Below are positions 30,901 to 37,811 of a DNA stretch of 64,000 nucleotides, piece by piece. The DNA is taken from the IMG/VR virus record IMGVR_UViG_3300029349_000001, positions 1 to 64,000 of that record. One strand, given 5' to 3'. Each line of letters opens with the position of its first letter. The first letter of the stretch is position 1. Made by a program: the position numbers and the translations under genes. The notes below the pieces were generated by a model, which was given only the letters and a program-made list of their open reading frames with translations, was not told the DNA's origin and did no database searches. Origin of the DNA: a virus.

Positions 30901-33900
30901 CAGCTGTTCAACGAACTGGCTCCTTTGCTGGGAGATAAGCAATCAGAGATGAAAGCTAATGTTTTAGAAAACATGCTCAAAGAATCTGGAGTTGGAGTGA
31001 GTCCAATGATGCAGGAGGTTCTGACATCTCTAAGGAATCCGGAGGCCGATCCGGCCATGCAAGAAGCTATTGCTACTTATAGAGAAGCTATCGGTCTTCA
31101 AGCAGAGGCCAATAAACAATTAGTTTTTCTTAATACTCAAATGGCAGAGAATAGTGCGGATATAGCTGCTAATAAATTGGCTCAATCTATGCGTGGTGTT
31201 ATACTAAAATTTGAAAGCCAGCAATTATTAGATATTAATAATAACATCAAAAATTTAATTGCAGTAGTAGAGGCCAAAGGTGGCTTGGCGCCGGGCGCTG
31301 CTCCGGCCGCAGGAAAAGCTCGTGGAGGAATGATATATGCCGCGGCTGGACAGTTGGTTGACTTTCAACCAAAAGGAACAGATACCGTTCCTGCTATGTT
31401 AACACCCGGTGAATTTGTGGTTAATAGAAAATCTACACAAAAACATTTACCATTACTTAAATCTATTAATAGCAACTCATATTCTAATGGTGGTAAAGTA
31501 GGATACTATGCTTATGGAGGATTGGTATTCGGAGATCCTTGGCAGAGAGAAGATAAAGCAGATGCTCTTAATAGGTCGGCCTCTGTTGAAAACGAAACAC
31601 CAGATAGACATCCTGATCTACTAAAAAATATGAGTAAAAGTAAGGGAGATTTGTCCAAATATTTTGAAGATATCTTTTCTGTTCAAGGGGCGTTTTATGC
31701 TGCCAATAAAAACTCTGGCCCTGTATCTGATTGGTTTTTTGACAAATTTACCGGCTCATTTTCTGGGCTACAACCACAAGCTGTTTTGGGTTCCTCATAT
31801 TCTAAGTTTGTTGCTTCTGTCGGTCCGGGAGTCGTCGATTATACTAATATTACCAGATCAGGAAATGTTAGAACTCCTAAAATTGGTAATATCCCAACCC
31901 TGGAATTCTTTTCAGATATAGTTTCTCAAACAGCGGAACAGAAAAAAATCAAAGAATCACAAATAAAAGAATATTATGGTGTGCTAGACAATATACTTAA
32001 ATTTATGCCAAAAACAGAGATATCTGGCGATAGTATCAAAGTTGATGGGAAAAATATAATTATAGATAGTCTTCTTGATCCAAAATCTAGACCAGACTTA
32101 TCTCCCCAGGTTGATGTTACTTCAACAGCCGATGGCTACAAACAATTGATAACCGTATCTAATCTTTCTAAAAAAACGGGTAATTTGCATGGTTTATATA
32201 CTAAAAATAATATAAATACTATTCATGCAAATAGTGATGATATGGGTGGAATCGGGAATATATATGGTATTAATGCACAGAATAGGGATCTAAGCGGATA
32301 TCCATATACTAGGATAGTAGCCGGATTGGATAGTATGAGATATGCTGGCCTAGGAGGCTTCTCTTCTATGGATATAGCTGGAGACCTTGCTTCTCAGACA
32401 ACTAATTATGACAATTCCATGTTCGATGGTGATATGGCACAAATTAAACAGAGACTATCTAATGCTCAGATAGTGAAAGCTAATCTAGAAAGAACAAAAG
32501 AACTATTATCTGGCGGTAACGTTAAACTTCAAGAGAGTGAAACATCAGAAGCTAATAGAAACTATGTAAATAAACTACAACAATTACTTAGCGGTTCGGT
32601 ATTTAAAGCGACTTTTTCCGAAGCCGAAATAAAAGGAAAAGATTCTGTCAAGCCACCCATAACTCTGTATAACCTAGATGGTAATGATTGGGATTCTAGA
32701 GTAGATGTTCTTGACAAGGATGCTTCTGTTACAAAAGGAACGTACGCTGGTAAAAAGGGCTCTAGCTGGATCCCTGTTGGATCAAGAACCATGGGCGTGG
32801 GAACAGTACCTGATCAATTTAGTATTCAAAAATGGTTTCCTTGGGTTGGGTCTGGATTTAATTCTACTATTTTTGATGATCTTAAAAACAAATATAATGC
32901 ACAGAATCCAAACAATGTAAAGGTAACTCCAGGATCATATGCTGATGATATAATGGCATTTAATTATAAAAACATAGAAGGACCTATGTTCGATGCTAAT
33001 AAAAAGATGACCAAAAACAAATACAAGTTTACAACAGTTTCGCTGGATCAAAATACTGTAAACGAGAAACTGAATCCGTTCCGAGACTTAGTTGATCAAA
33101 ACCTTCTTCCACAAGATCCAGAAAAATCCGAGATTTACGCAAACACTCCGGGTGATCTAATAGGTATGATCAAAAATTTGGTCAATAATACTATTCTAAG
33201 AACTCAACAAAACACTTTATCATTTGGTAGTTCTATTAAGAGATTATCAGCAGCAGACAAAGCTATAGCAGACCTAGATTTTGCTCAACAAACAAAAGAT
33301 AATGCTTATTTACTTAATTCTATAGCACCAGGATTTCAATACGAAGCAAAATTATATGGAGACGAACTAAGAAAGAGAATAGCACAACAAAAACAAGATC
33401 AACAAGCAGCAGCTGGAGAAAAAGGGATAGCCAATAAAGCAAATCTTCAAGACCTACCAGAAAATCCGCTATTGTTAGCCGAACAAGCGAGAGGCATAGT
33501 TAGTAAAGTCTTATCTCCTGTTTCTGGAATTTTATCTGCATACAATATTAAACTCTCTCCTATTAGAGTAGCATCTCAAATTGCTCCATACGGTAATTAT
33601 TTATTACAGGCTCAACAGTTTTTTGGTGATGCTGTAACTCAAAAATTTAAAAACAACAAGAAGGGAATAGACCAAAGACTATGGAATGTCTGGGGAGCGC
33701 TCGGGGCCTCTGGTAAAGTATTTGAAAAACTAGGAGCGGGAGATAAGCAGGGGCTACAAACCCTATTAGGTTCTGCTGCTAGTACTCTAGATAGTACAGA
33801 TTTAGGAGATATGGTTGTACGATATGGTCAATTGTTAGCGGCTCAAGGAGCAACATTCGCTGGTACAGCTGGGCTATCTACTCCGAAAGACGTACTAAAG

Positions 33901-35016
33901 AAAGAAATTGGAGACAACGACAAACAAACAATAGAAGGTATATTTAAGAAAGCTCAAACAGAAGAGGCTACAGTAGCCAGAGATGGTAGATTAACCGTAA
34001 ATAAAACCGAAGGAAGGAATCTGCCGACCAACTTATTAGATCTCGGAAAGAAAATAGTTAACCCATACTCCACATTCCAACCTGGAGATCGTAGTCCTTT
34101 ATTTGATATTCTTCTCAAAGGATTGGAAACACACGACAACAAGGGGGTTAAACGCAATGTTAATGAAAAATTAGTCACCAATCTCAAAGCTCTAAAACAG
34201 TTCTATGCTTCATTTTTAGATCCGATAGTAAGCGGAGGGGTTGCTCCAAATGATGATATGATACGGCAGATATCTGATCAGTATCCAACAATGAACGCTA
34301 TTTTACAAGTATTAACTAATGGCGAATATGGAGCGATGCCGGATGCTAAAAAAATGCAAGAGCTTGCAGCTGCTAAAAAAGCCAGAATGGAAGCAGAGAA
34401 AAAGGCTAGTGGCGGCATAGTATATGCGAGCACTGGAACCCTAGTAGACTATAAACCCAGAGGGACTGATACTGTTCCAGCGATGTTAACACCAGGAGAA
34501 TTTGTAGTTAATAGACAATCAACATCCAAACACTTACCATTATTACGTGCTATTAATAGTAATAGATATCAAACAGGTGGCGTTGTATCCCCCAACTATT
34601 ATGAAGCCGGTGCGCTTGCATCAGGAGCAGCAAAGACTGTCGGTGCTATAGCAGGCATGGTCGGTATCAAATTAGATACCAAAAAACTAGAGACAGATAT
34701 TACATCAGCATTCGATAGCGGTTCTCAACAACTAAAGAGTCAACTTCAGGGTATTTTTGGATTAAAATCAGAAGACCGCAATGCATTAATATCATTTGGT
34801 ACTAGTATGGTAAGACTAGTATCTCAGCTAGCTCAAGTTAGTATACCTCCAGAAATTAAGTTCAGTATGCAGCCAGTACAAGTGAATATTACAGGCGCTC
34901 AAGGATTGACAGAGGCTGCTCAAAGTCTAATTGATGGAGCAATCAAGAAAGCTTTTGATGATTTTTTAAGTATTAATGATTTGCAGGGTACCTATAAAGC
35001 GCCAGATGAAAACTAG
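21973..35016 (+). CDS. Tail tape measure protein (4347 aa) with embedded enzyme-like domains
   Basis: TP901-type TMP core at ~22455-23430 (FDKELVKLQQVTG...LAQAGL...TRESAETIATGLRTIFTR); Gly/hydrophobic helices ~28620-29020; GTDTVPAMLTPGEFVVN motifs; position after tube and chaperone genes. Confidence 0.9.
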   Translation: MSTAFNLTAQLNLRGPTNVRNIVSGIRRQLGNITADVNLRIDPAATRNLTQLNTALTNFNATLRTTQTNAANTANALRGLANAINGINANNLPRNMTNIATASNRAAQATGRVTQQVGEARNQMEEFGRQSALAVRRFAAFSISAGIIVGFTNAINKGVRAFVEFDKELVKLQQVTGESAKGLSGLQKTIANLASGLGVSSSELINVSSTLAQAGLSARDTEKALKALALSSLAPSFDDMNKTVEGSIALMRQFGISAGQLDQALGSVNAVAAKFAVEASDIIAAIQRTGGVFAAASKGVSEGTDALNEFIAVFTSIRATTRESAETIATGLRTIFTRVQRGETIEALKQYGVNLTDLEGKFVGAYKAVELLSRGLGQIDPRDLRFSQIVEELGGFRQIGKVIPLIQQFATAQQALAVAQRGQGSLAEDAAIAQLSLANQIAKVREEFLTLIRDIGGTDTFQTIAKSALGLASALIKVADSVKGVLPVLGVVMAIRGTAALSSYARGFAGGMGNMRGGRRAASGGYIKYAAGGQVPVALMPGEAVIYPEAAKRIGTPTLRRMNYADKKMAKGGKVGMVPGTGNSDSFYTSLPAGSFVIRKKATQAMGAGRINDIASGRQKFAVGGEAKWRDVEAQMRGGRGRPSKNTTTVGEAVDKVSSKEYNNRKGRFKSDFPFIIRGLNRAGTKAQINEEAILDKYLKKGVNDLSKAIVNQTQGNITVPSSDIDIQNKESIYGGLFETALLKISKRSADKKDNSQNFDFPRGIGPILSNIFSGMPPSISTDVKRTAAANAGMKSNIANKLANEMASNRLPKQPMPVGVVSLSPMDSAIVSKISGAEVNKLLNTKLKQKSKSQRRAIGGLIQKFAKGGLATRNVGYIDSDEITQLLKDSVKGPLIKAEMDRLGIKGVTEYKEHLANLAATRRNDGSLKRLTNIFGVAGSGKSTMLQGGSRAAEADNARLRKTNRYPVLTEQDILRSDQIVDSTSVAGPTQRTALSSADRVIALSSRTKESQEALKKNRKSRDTSGRNLFGRRPGSTKSAPLDSGMGEAYIAASGVSGVDPKKVVTMKLGEKFRKTRTSQPTVRTPDKTGLFYGNFGPTTKGHTSVVKEAEKMGIPAKDFVALVGGDTPIDYTDKDPHSRRTAIFPQKSSDQLPSRLGMARAAFGAMGANVSAMPKGSGPGSIPSAFKVGEDSYIVPRGKGDIAFVGDEKESGSLSKYEKLGYGVKSLPRSGGISGTKAREAIAANDIPALKKLLSPAGFEYVQKHMATLQQRPKLLDAILSKIERNSASGKGTAGRLSQIKSQLADLPSRVSKTTPADVVAKIESLRKERDSLSSKVGRLPSKLMSRLEQRQKFAVGDEVKKRKIKKINPNDYSQSIQNLQNDPNSILRQQAVGVAILQGPKKGVADSAVSKKSIIQSVGKQYSDLLGSAVSGGSIGIQREALKPQVYKDFNEGIENGLVQAVNTAVGTISSKYPELPTPAINGEEERRKYLKGVNDAAKGNMFEEMLTSMRNKGQYDANPDPQRSFDFAPNKGSAFGLSNIFDKISSLLYVDAKASNPSDAAISKKIANQTLRDLGVIKGRKSKDVPDQGSMERDISKRLQSVTEDSPLSLQDLQKELPNAKLKMTNSIAKSMGLVVDRAGGKTNFIRPRVGQPRRLARGGFANRLAVSDHDMTGAVTAGKETPSLSQFKDPKLAVPDIMSGSPTKLIGLLKQYGATQILTARSGGPKGEMRDALKRFYNKNGLLIPDSRITTLGDQINDIPTPERKARALFDLVKKYGKVDFFDDDPRNIEAAKDVKGVNARRVKVRKASGGSIPSSIDNSLSLNRSAKDKRLDSKKLAAFLGAKTTTSTKQQELAERLKDLGVSAPSKPNYEELLKGLKGYAKGGEVPIVAQEGEYVINRKSAKAIGYGNLHALNKYHTGGIVQKFGAGGPLDSAMASMSAKDAAKLKVSISKNAKAFDQLEKGVKGWPIDAVQAAMKKLARTLERGDKTFKFDNKNYNKNNPATRQNKKERVGLKGKPAGTGTSKASTNEANFEANKVKMIADLQKYEKAQYDKERKKGKTAQEARESSKAAAIARTKQIAQPMSKQQERAVTAQAIRKARASGANNQDAKRSGQNALNNARAKQQAQSQGAAIFNTASVTGDKTSLRNALGGYNPASAARAGGGTRTGGGGGTGAGGGGSSRRRRSSGGGQQPDRDNNGRIMGMGRLTQAGFGISMMGGLGSQFFNPESSASNAANAAFTESFTSTIGMGATVAGSIGDLLSGSGEDNNRRRPSRNSRNRGTSTRTRPQASPSSRGNSRSSGPRVSSGSSGSGDGSGSGMGVLGGLGAVLGVVAVGGLALAEGLKAAHNAAREFTINLANNKLQESLEKANKSVEKFSNNLKDRTAETQAKRDTLDVVKATDALDAASSKPEAGLFNLGDAMSGDKGSFERSQILNKRGISAYLSTTNMFGGENAAKNQAAQFSTLIPQLASEKSKRYTGAAESSTSFLESKFRSGSSIDEMKKDKDQFSNLTKSLALADAAIQQQIMTVENSTTLNDAQKATLKNSIIATNAETKAREIQTKVLREMALESLNKTTIILQNSLERMFQNMEQAIASNAYALDKLTASADLASASLSGSAKVGSVKLDSINTLQNPRANSGQPMRSAADQAASMFGNEAPAIKSILQVASSMEDAVMSTINSTLKNNPGATNELVGGSIDKSIFKVLTDLKLPPDLSSKLSSEVGLAIKDMRKSGEDKVDFSQLVEKIPQLGRVLDSAKRAQEVAIKSLENWQNALNEYANTTNQLIDIQIDSNQKLRRATDILIGGQNELANAFGKSASLQSAVNNSKAKTASQTGGPTDPSDIRRNIQSLELTRQSEQARSDTASQKGFGGKDEFMMMQERLKNTSVALRENYDALKNMADNTDVASAALNKISEIRQQRQAGVGFAEKLVSSTPKELANLNMSMARLQNNMAGGMNMSNASQRAGDLQLFNELAPLLGDKQSEMKANVLENMLKESGVGVSPMMQEVLTSLRNPEADPAMQEAIATYREAIGLQAEANKQLVFLNTQMAENSADIAANKLAQSMRGVILKFESQQLLDINNNIKNLIAVVEAKGGLAPGAAPAAGKARGGMIYAAAGQLVDFQPKGTDTVPAMLTPGEFVVNRKSTQKHLPLLKSINSNSYSNGGKVGYYAYGGLVFGDPWQREDKADALNRSASVENETPDRHPDLLKNMSKSKGDLSKYFEDIFSVQGAFYAANKNSGPVSDWFFDKFTGSFSGLQPQAVLGSSYSKFVASVGPGVVDYTNITRSGNVRTPKIGNIPTLEFFSDIVSQTAEQKKIKESQIKEYYGVLDNILKFMPKTEISGDSIKVDGKNIIIDSLLDPKSRPDLSPQVDVTSTADGYKQLITVSNLSKKTGNLHGLYTKNNINTIHANSDDMGGIGNIYGINAQNRDLSGYPYTRIVAGLDSMRYAGLGGFSSMDIAGDLASQTTNYDNSMFDGDMAQIKQRLSNAQIVKANLERTKELLSGGNVKLQESETSEANRNYVNKLQQLLSGSVFKATFSEAEIKGKDSVKPPITLYNLDGNDWDSRVDVLDKDASVTKGTYAGKKGSSWIPVGSRTMGVGTVPDQFSIQKWFPWVGSGFNSTIFDDLKNKYNAQNPNNVKVTPGSYADDIMAFNYKNIEGPMFDANKKMTKNKYKFTTVSLDQNTVNEKLNPFRDLVDQNLLPQDPEKSEIYANTPGDLIGMIKNLVNNTILRTQQNTLSFGSSIKRLSAADKAIADLDFAQQTKDNAYLLNSIAPGFQYEAKLYGDELRKRIAQQKQDQQAAAGEKGIANKANLQDLPENPLLLAEQARGIVSKVLSPVSGILSAYNIKLSPIRVASQIAPYGNYLLQAQQFFGDAVTQKFKNNKKGIDQRLWNVWGALGASGKVFEKLGAGDKQGLQTLLGSAASTLDSTDLGDMVVRYGQLLAAQGATFAGTAGLSTPKDVLKKEIGDNDKQTIEGIFKKAQTEEATVARDGRLTVNKTEGRNLPTNLLDLGKKIVNPYSTFQPGDRSPLFDILLKGLETHDNKGVKRNVNEKLVTNLKALKQFYASFLDPIVSGGVAPNDDMIRQISDQYPTMNAILQVLTNGEYGAMPDAKKMQELAAAKKARMEAEKKASGGIVYASTGTLVDYKPRGTDTVPAMLTPGEFVVNRQSTSKHLPLLRAINSNRYQTGGVVSPNYYEAGALASGAAKTVGAIAGMVGIKLDTKKLETDITSAFDSGSQQLKSQLQGIFGLKSEDRNALISFGTSMVRLVSQLAQVSIPPEIKFSMQPVQVNITGAQGLTEAAQSLIDGAIKKAFDDFLSINDLQGTYKAPDEN
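31378..34560 (+). repeat. Duplicated TMP module GTDTVPAMLTPGEFVVNRxSTxKHLPLLxxINS (copies at ~31378-31472 and ~34462-34560)
   Basis: Near-identical peptide copies flanking ~960 aa of unrelated sequence. Confidence 0.9.
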
Positions 35017-35032
35017 TCGTCTTACTGTAACA

Positions 35033-35050
35033 GGTGTATTTAATAATATA
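35033..35050 (+). promoter_or_regulatory. Candidate late promoter (GGTGTA)
   Basis: 35 bp before ATG 35068. Confidence 0.55.
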
Positions 35051-35067
35051 ATCTAAAAGGAAGAAAA

Positions 35068-36501
35068 ATGATCAAATCCCCCATAAGAGTCGTTGAAAAT
35101 ATAGGATCTTATTGCCATGAGACTAATAATCGATTAGTTTTGGGCGAGATTCTAGATGGATATGCTGGACTATCTATTAATGACCATAATACATATATAC
35201 CATATATATGCAAGTCTTTTGATCTTAAAAACTGGGAGATAGGTATTGGTCTAGTGTCTGTTGTGGACTCCAAAGTTACTGTGGAGCGTGTTAGGGTAAT
35301 CAAAAAATCTTCAGAAAGTTATCAATTTGTTGGTAATAATAATCTATTTTATGTGTTTGCTAATGAATATAACTTTAATACTGGACTAAATAATTGTGTA
35401 GCATTAGAAGATCAAACAACTCTAGTTAATATTAAATGTACTTATTTAAAAACCAATGATTCTAAAGACACGTATGAACTACCCAGCAGCACAAATAATC
35501 AAGGATTAGCTATAGACTTTAAGAACACATCAGACTCAACTCTATATCTGCATAATTCAGATGAAAATGAGACATATGCTTGTGGACCCGGAGAATATCT
35601 TAAAGTTATAAGTGATGGAAATAGTTGGATTAAATTATACAGTGTGGTTGATTCTTTGGGTGTTGTGTCTTTATCAGCAGAACAACCGAACTATTTTAGT
35701 ACACAAAATCTAACAGCTTCTGGAATATACGGAGCCATACAATATAATAATAACGGCTCTATAGATGGTTCTAATCTAGTAATTAGCAGCGGATTATTAT
35801 TGCTAGGCAGTAGCTCAACGAACCCCTCGTCTGCTCAAAATATCATTCCATTATCTCTCTCTAATAAAGATACAATTTTTAATAACAACAATACTTCTGG
35901 CAATTTTATTGTTAAGGGTCTTGGTGATAAGAATTTAATTTTTACAAAAGATGGCAGACTAGGACTCAATATTCCCAGCGGTTCATTACCTCAAACAGCA
36001 TTGCACGTATTAAGTTATGCTTGTCAAGAAGGTATTAGGTTGGAAAATAGAAATTCCTGCTATCCTGCAAATCTGACCCTATATCATAAGCCTTCTACTT
36101 TGCCATCCAACGGCAGTATAGTATCAACCATTAATCTATCATCTAAAAACTCCGCCAATGCACAAGTTAATTACTCACAACTAAGATCCAAAATCATTAA
36201 TTCTGATTCTGTATCTAGTAGTGGCGAATTTGCTGTAGCAATACAGAATAACGGATCGTTAATAGAATCATTAAGAATTAATCCAACTGGATTTATAGCA
36301 TCTGTTAATACCAATTCTATTGTAGTAAATAATAATGGTATTCAATTAAACGGATCTTTAAGAACTAATCAGATTGCTACTAGTGGTAGCTTTATGATGA
36401 CTGATGGTAGTGGAAATTTAGTTTTGACAAGCCTTAATAATAGTCCTATAATAAGCTTGTTAGATGGTGATGTTGTCACATTTACTGGAGTATGTTCATG
36501 A
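35068..36501 (+). CDS. Tail fibre/appendage-like protein
   Basis: 477 aa; N-terminal RV.E...WEIGIG fibre-attachment-like segment, G.IQYNNNG and GRLGLN..PQTALHV motifs. Confidence 0.6.
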   Translation: MIKSPIRVVENIGSYCHETNNRLVLGEILDGYAGLSINDHNTYIPYICKSFDLKNWEIGIGLVSVVDSKVTVERVRVIKKSSESYQFVGNNNLFYVFANEYNFNTGLNNCVALEDQTTLVNIKCTYLKTNDSKDTYELPSSTNNQGLAIDFKNTSDSTLYLHNSDENETYACGPGEYLKVISDGNSWIKLYSVVDSLGVVSLSAEQPNYFSTQNLTASGIYGAIQYNNNGSIDGSNLVISSGLLLLGSSSTNPSSAQNIIPLSLSNKDTIFNNNNTSGNFIVKGLGDKNLIFTKDGRLGLNIPSGSLPQTALHVLSYACQEGIRLENRNSCYPANLTLYHKPSTLPSNGSIVSTINLSSKNSANAQVNYSQLRSKIINSDSVSSSGEFAVAIQNNGSLIESLRINPTGFIASVNTNSIVVNNNGIQLNGSLRTNQIATSGSFMMTDGSGNLVLTSLNNSPIISLLDGDVVTFTGVCS

Positions 36502-37022
36502 AGATTAAAAGAGATATAACATCAGAATCAGCTCCAGCCGCAAATCAACTAGAAGTTGGCGAAATAGCTATTAATGCTAGAACAGGAATTTTATACTCCA
36601 AATTAGTAGACGGCACTGTTATAAAATGGTTGGGTGCTCCGGTCTGTGAATCAGAAAATAGTACTATTTGTCCAGTTCCAGTACCAGAGATTTCTTTTAG
36701 TGACATTTCTAATTTTTGTTGTGGTGGTGATAGTTTAACATTATATGTTAGTAACTTATTGGTAGGACATAGATATTTTTGTACGATAACAGATCTTATA
36801 GAGGATTCTACAGCAGTAGTTTCTCCAGAAGAACCACCATTGTTACCAAATAATAAATCGGATAGATCTGCTACATTTAATATCAATATAGATAAAGAAT
36901 TACAAAGTATATCTATGTTTAAAGTTAGCGTATATGAAATTGTTAAAGTTAATAATATAGACACCAATATGTTGCGTTCTGAAAAGCTAATCAACATTTG
37001 CTGTCGTAACTGCGCAGGATAA
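36492..37022 (+). CDS. Virion protein: fibre N-terminal motif plus Cys-capped beta-sandwich
   Basis: IKR...APAANQLEVGEIAIN...GILY, then the NL..G..Y...KVS..E...IC beta domain. Confidence 0.6.
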   Translation: MFMKIKRDITSESAPAANQLEVGEIAINARTGILYSKLVDGTVIKWLGAPVCESENSTICPVPVPEISFSDISNFCCGGDSLTLYVSNLLVGHRYFCTITDLIEDSTAVVSPEEPPLLPNNKSDRSATFNINIDKELQSISMFKVSVYEIVKVNNIDTNMLRSEKLINICCRNCAG

Positions 37023-37024
37023 TC

Positions 37025-37768
37025 ATGGTAGAAAAAATAAGTTATTCTGGATCTGTTTGTTTTAGTGGCGTTGTCGTATCTTTTAGTGGATTAGATTTGT
37101 CACTAGACGAAACATATAGTATAAGATTTGATAATTTAAGTACTATTCCTGCCGCTACTAACGTTACATTGAATCCAACAGGATTTATTTTGGCTCCGTC
37201 CGACAAATCCCCAGTATTATCAACAATTTTTAAATCAAGAAGTAATTATTCCAATAATGCTAGTTTAAATTTAATTAGTTTAAGTATATATAATAACTCT
37301 AACGAGCTAATACACAGAGACTATAAATCTATCTCATGCGAGAGTTTGTGTGGCACCGGAGTTCCTTTGTCTCCCACGCCAACAGTAACGCCAACTATCA
37401 CGCCCACAATTACCCCAACACCAACCCAAACACCACCACCACCCTCTCCACAACCAACATTAAACATTAGAACATCTTTTGATAGACTTATTAATGTGCT
37501 TCCAACATGTAATAAGGTTCTTATCAGAGCTAAGGCTTATGGAGATATTAACAAAACATATGCGTATACTTTTGGTACAGATATGACCAATGTTGACTTA
37601 CAAATATCCAATCCGGCTGGATATATCACCATTTTACAAAATCCCACATACGTATATACTAATATTACATTACCCGAATCTTGTAAGGATTATGTGCTAG
37701 AATTTGGCCTATCTGATGATATTAATACCGTGCAATCGGCGGCCGTATTTAGGTGCGGCAACTGTTAA
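37025..37768 (+). CDS. Virion protein: two Cys-capped beta-sandwich domains joined by a Pro/Thr linker
   Basis: 247 aa with a PTPT linker; the domains end in ISCESLC and FRCGNC. Confidence 0.6.
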   Translation: MVEKISYSGSVCFSGVVVSFSGLDLSLDETYSIRFDNLSTIPAATNVTLNPTGFILAPSDKSPVLSTIFKSRSNYSNNASLNLISLSIYNNSNELIHRDYKSISCESLCGTGVPLSPTPTVTPTITPTITPTPTQTPPPPSPQPTLNIRTSFDRLINVLPTCNKVLIRAKAYGDINKTYAYTFGTDMTNVDLQISNPAGYITILQNPTYVYTNITLPESCKDYVLEFGLSDDINTVQSAAVFRCGNC

Positions 37769-37772
37769 TTTT

Positions 37773-37787
37773 AGTGTATTACATAAG
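37773..37787 (+). promoter_or_regulatory. Candidate late promoter (AGTGTA)
   Basis: 39 bp before ATG 37812. Confidence 0.5.
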
Positions 37788-37811
37788 TAAAGCAGACACA
37801 AGGAAACTATA

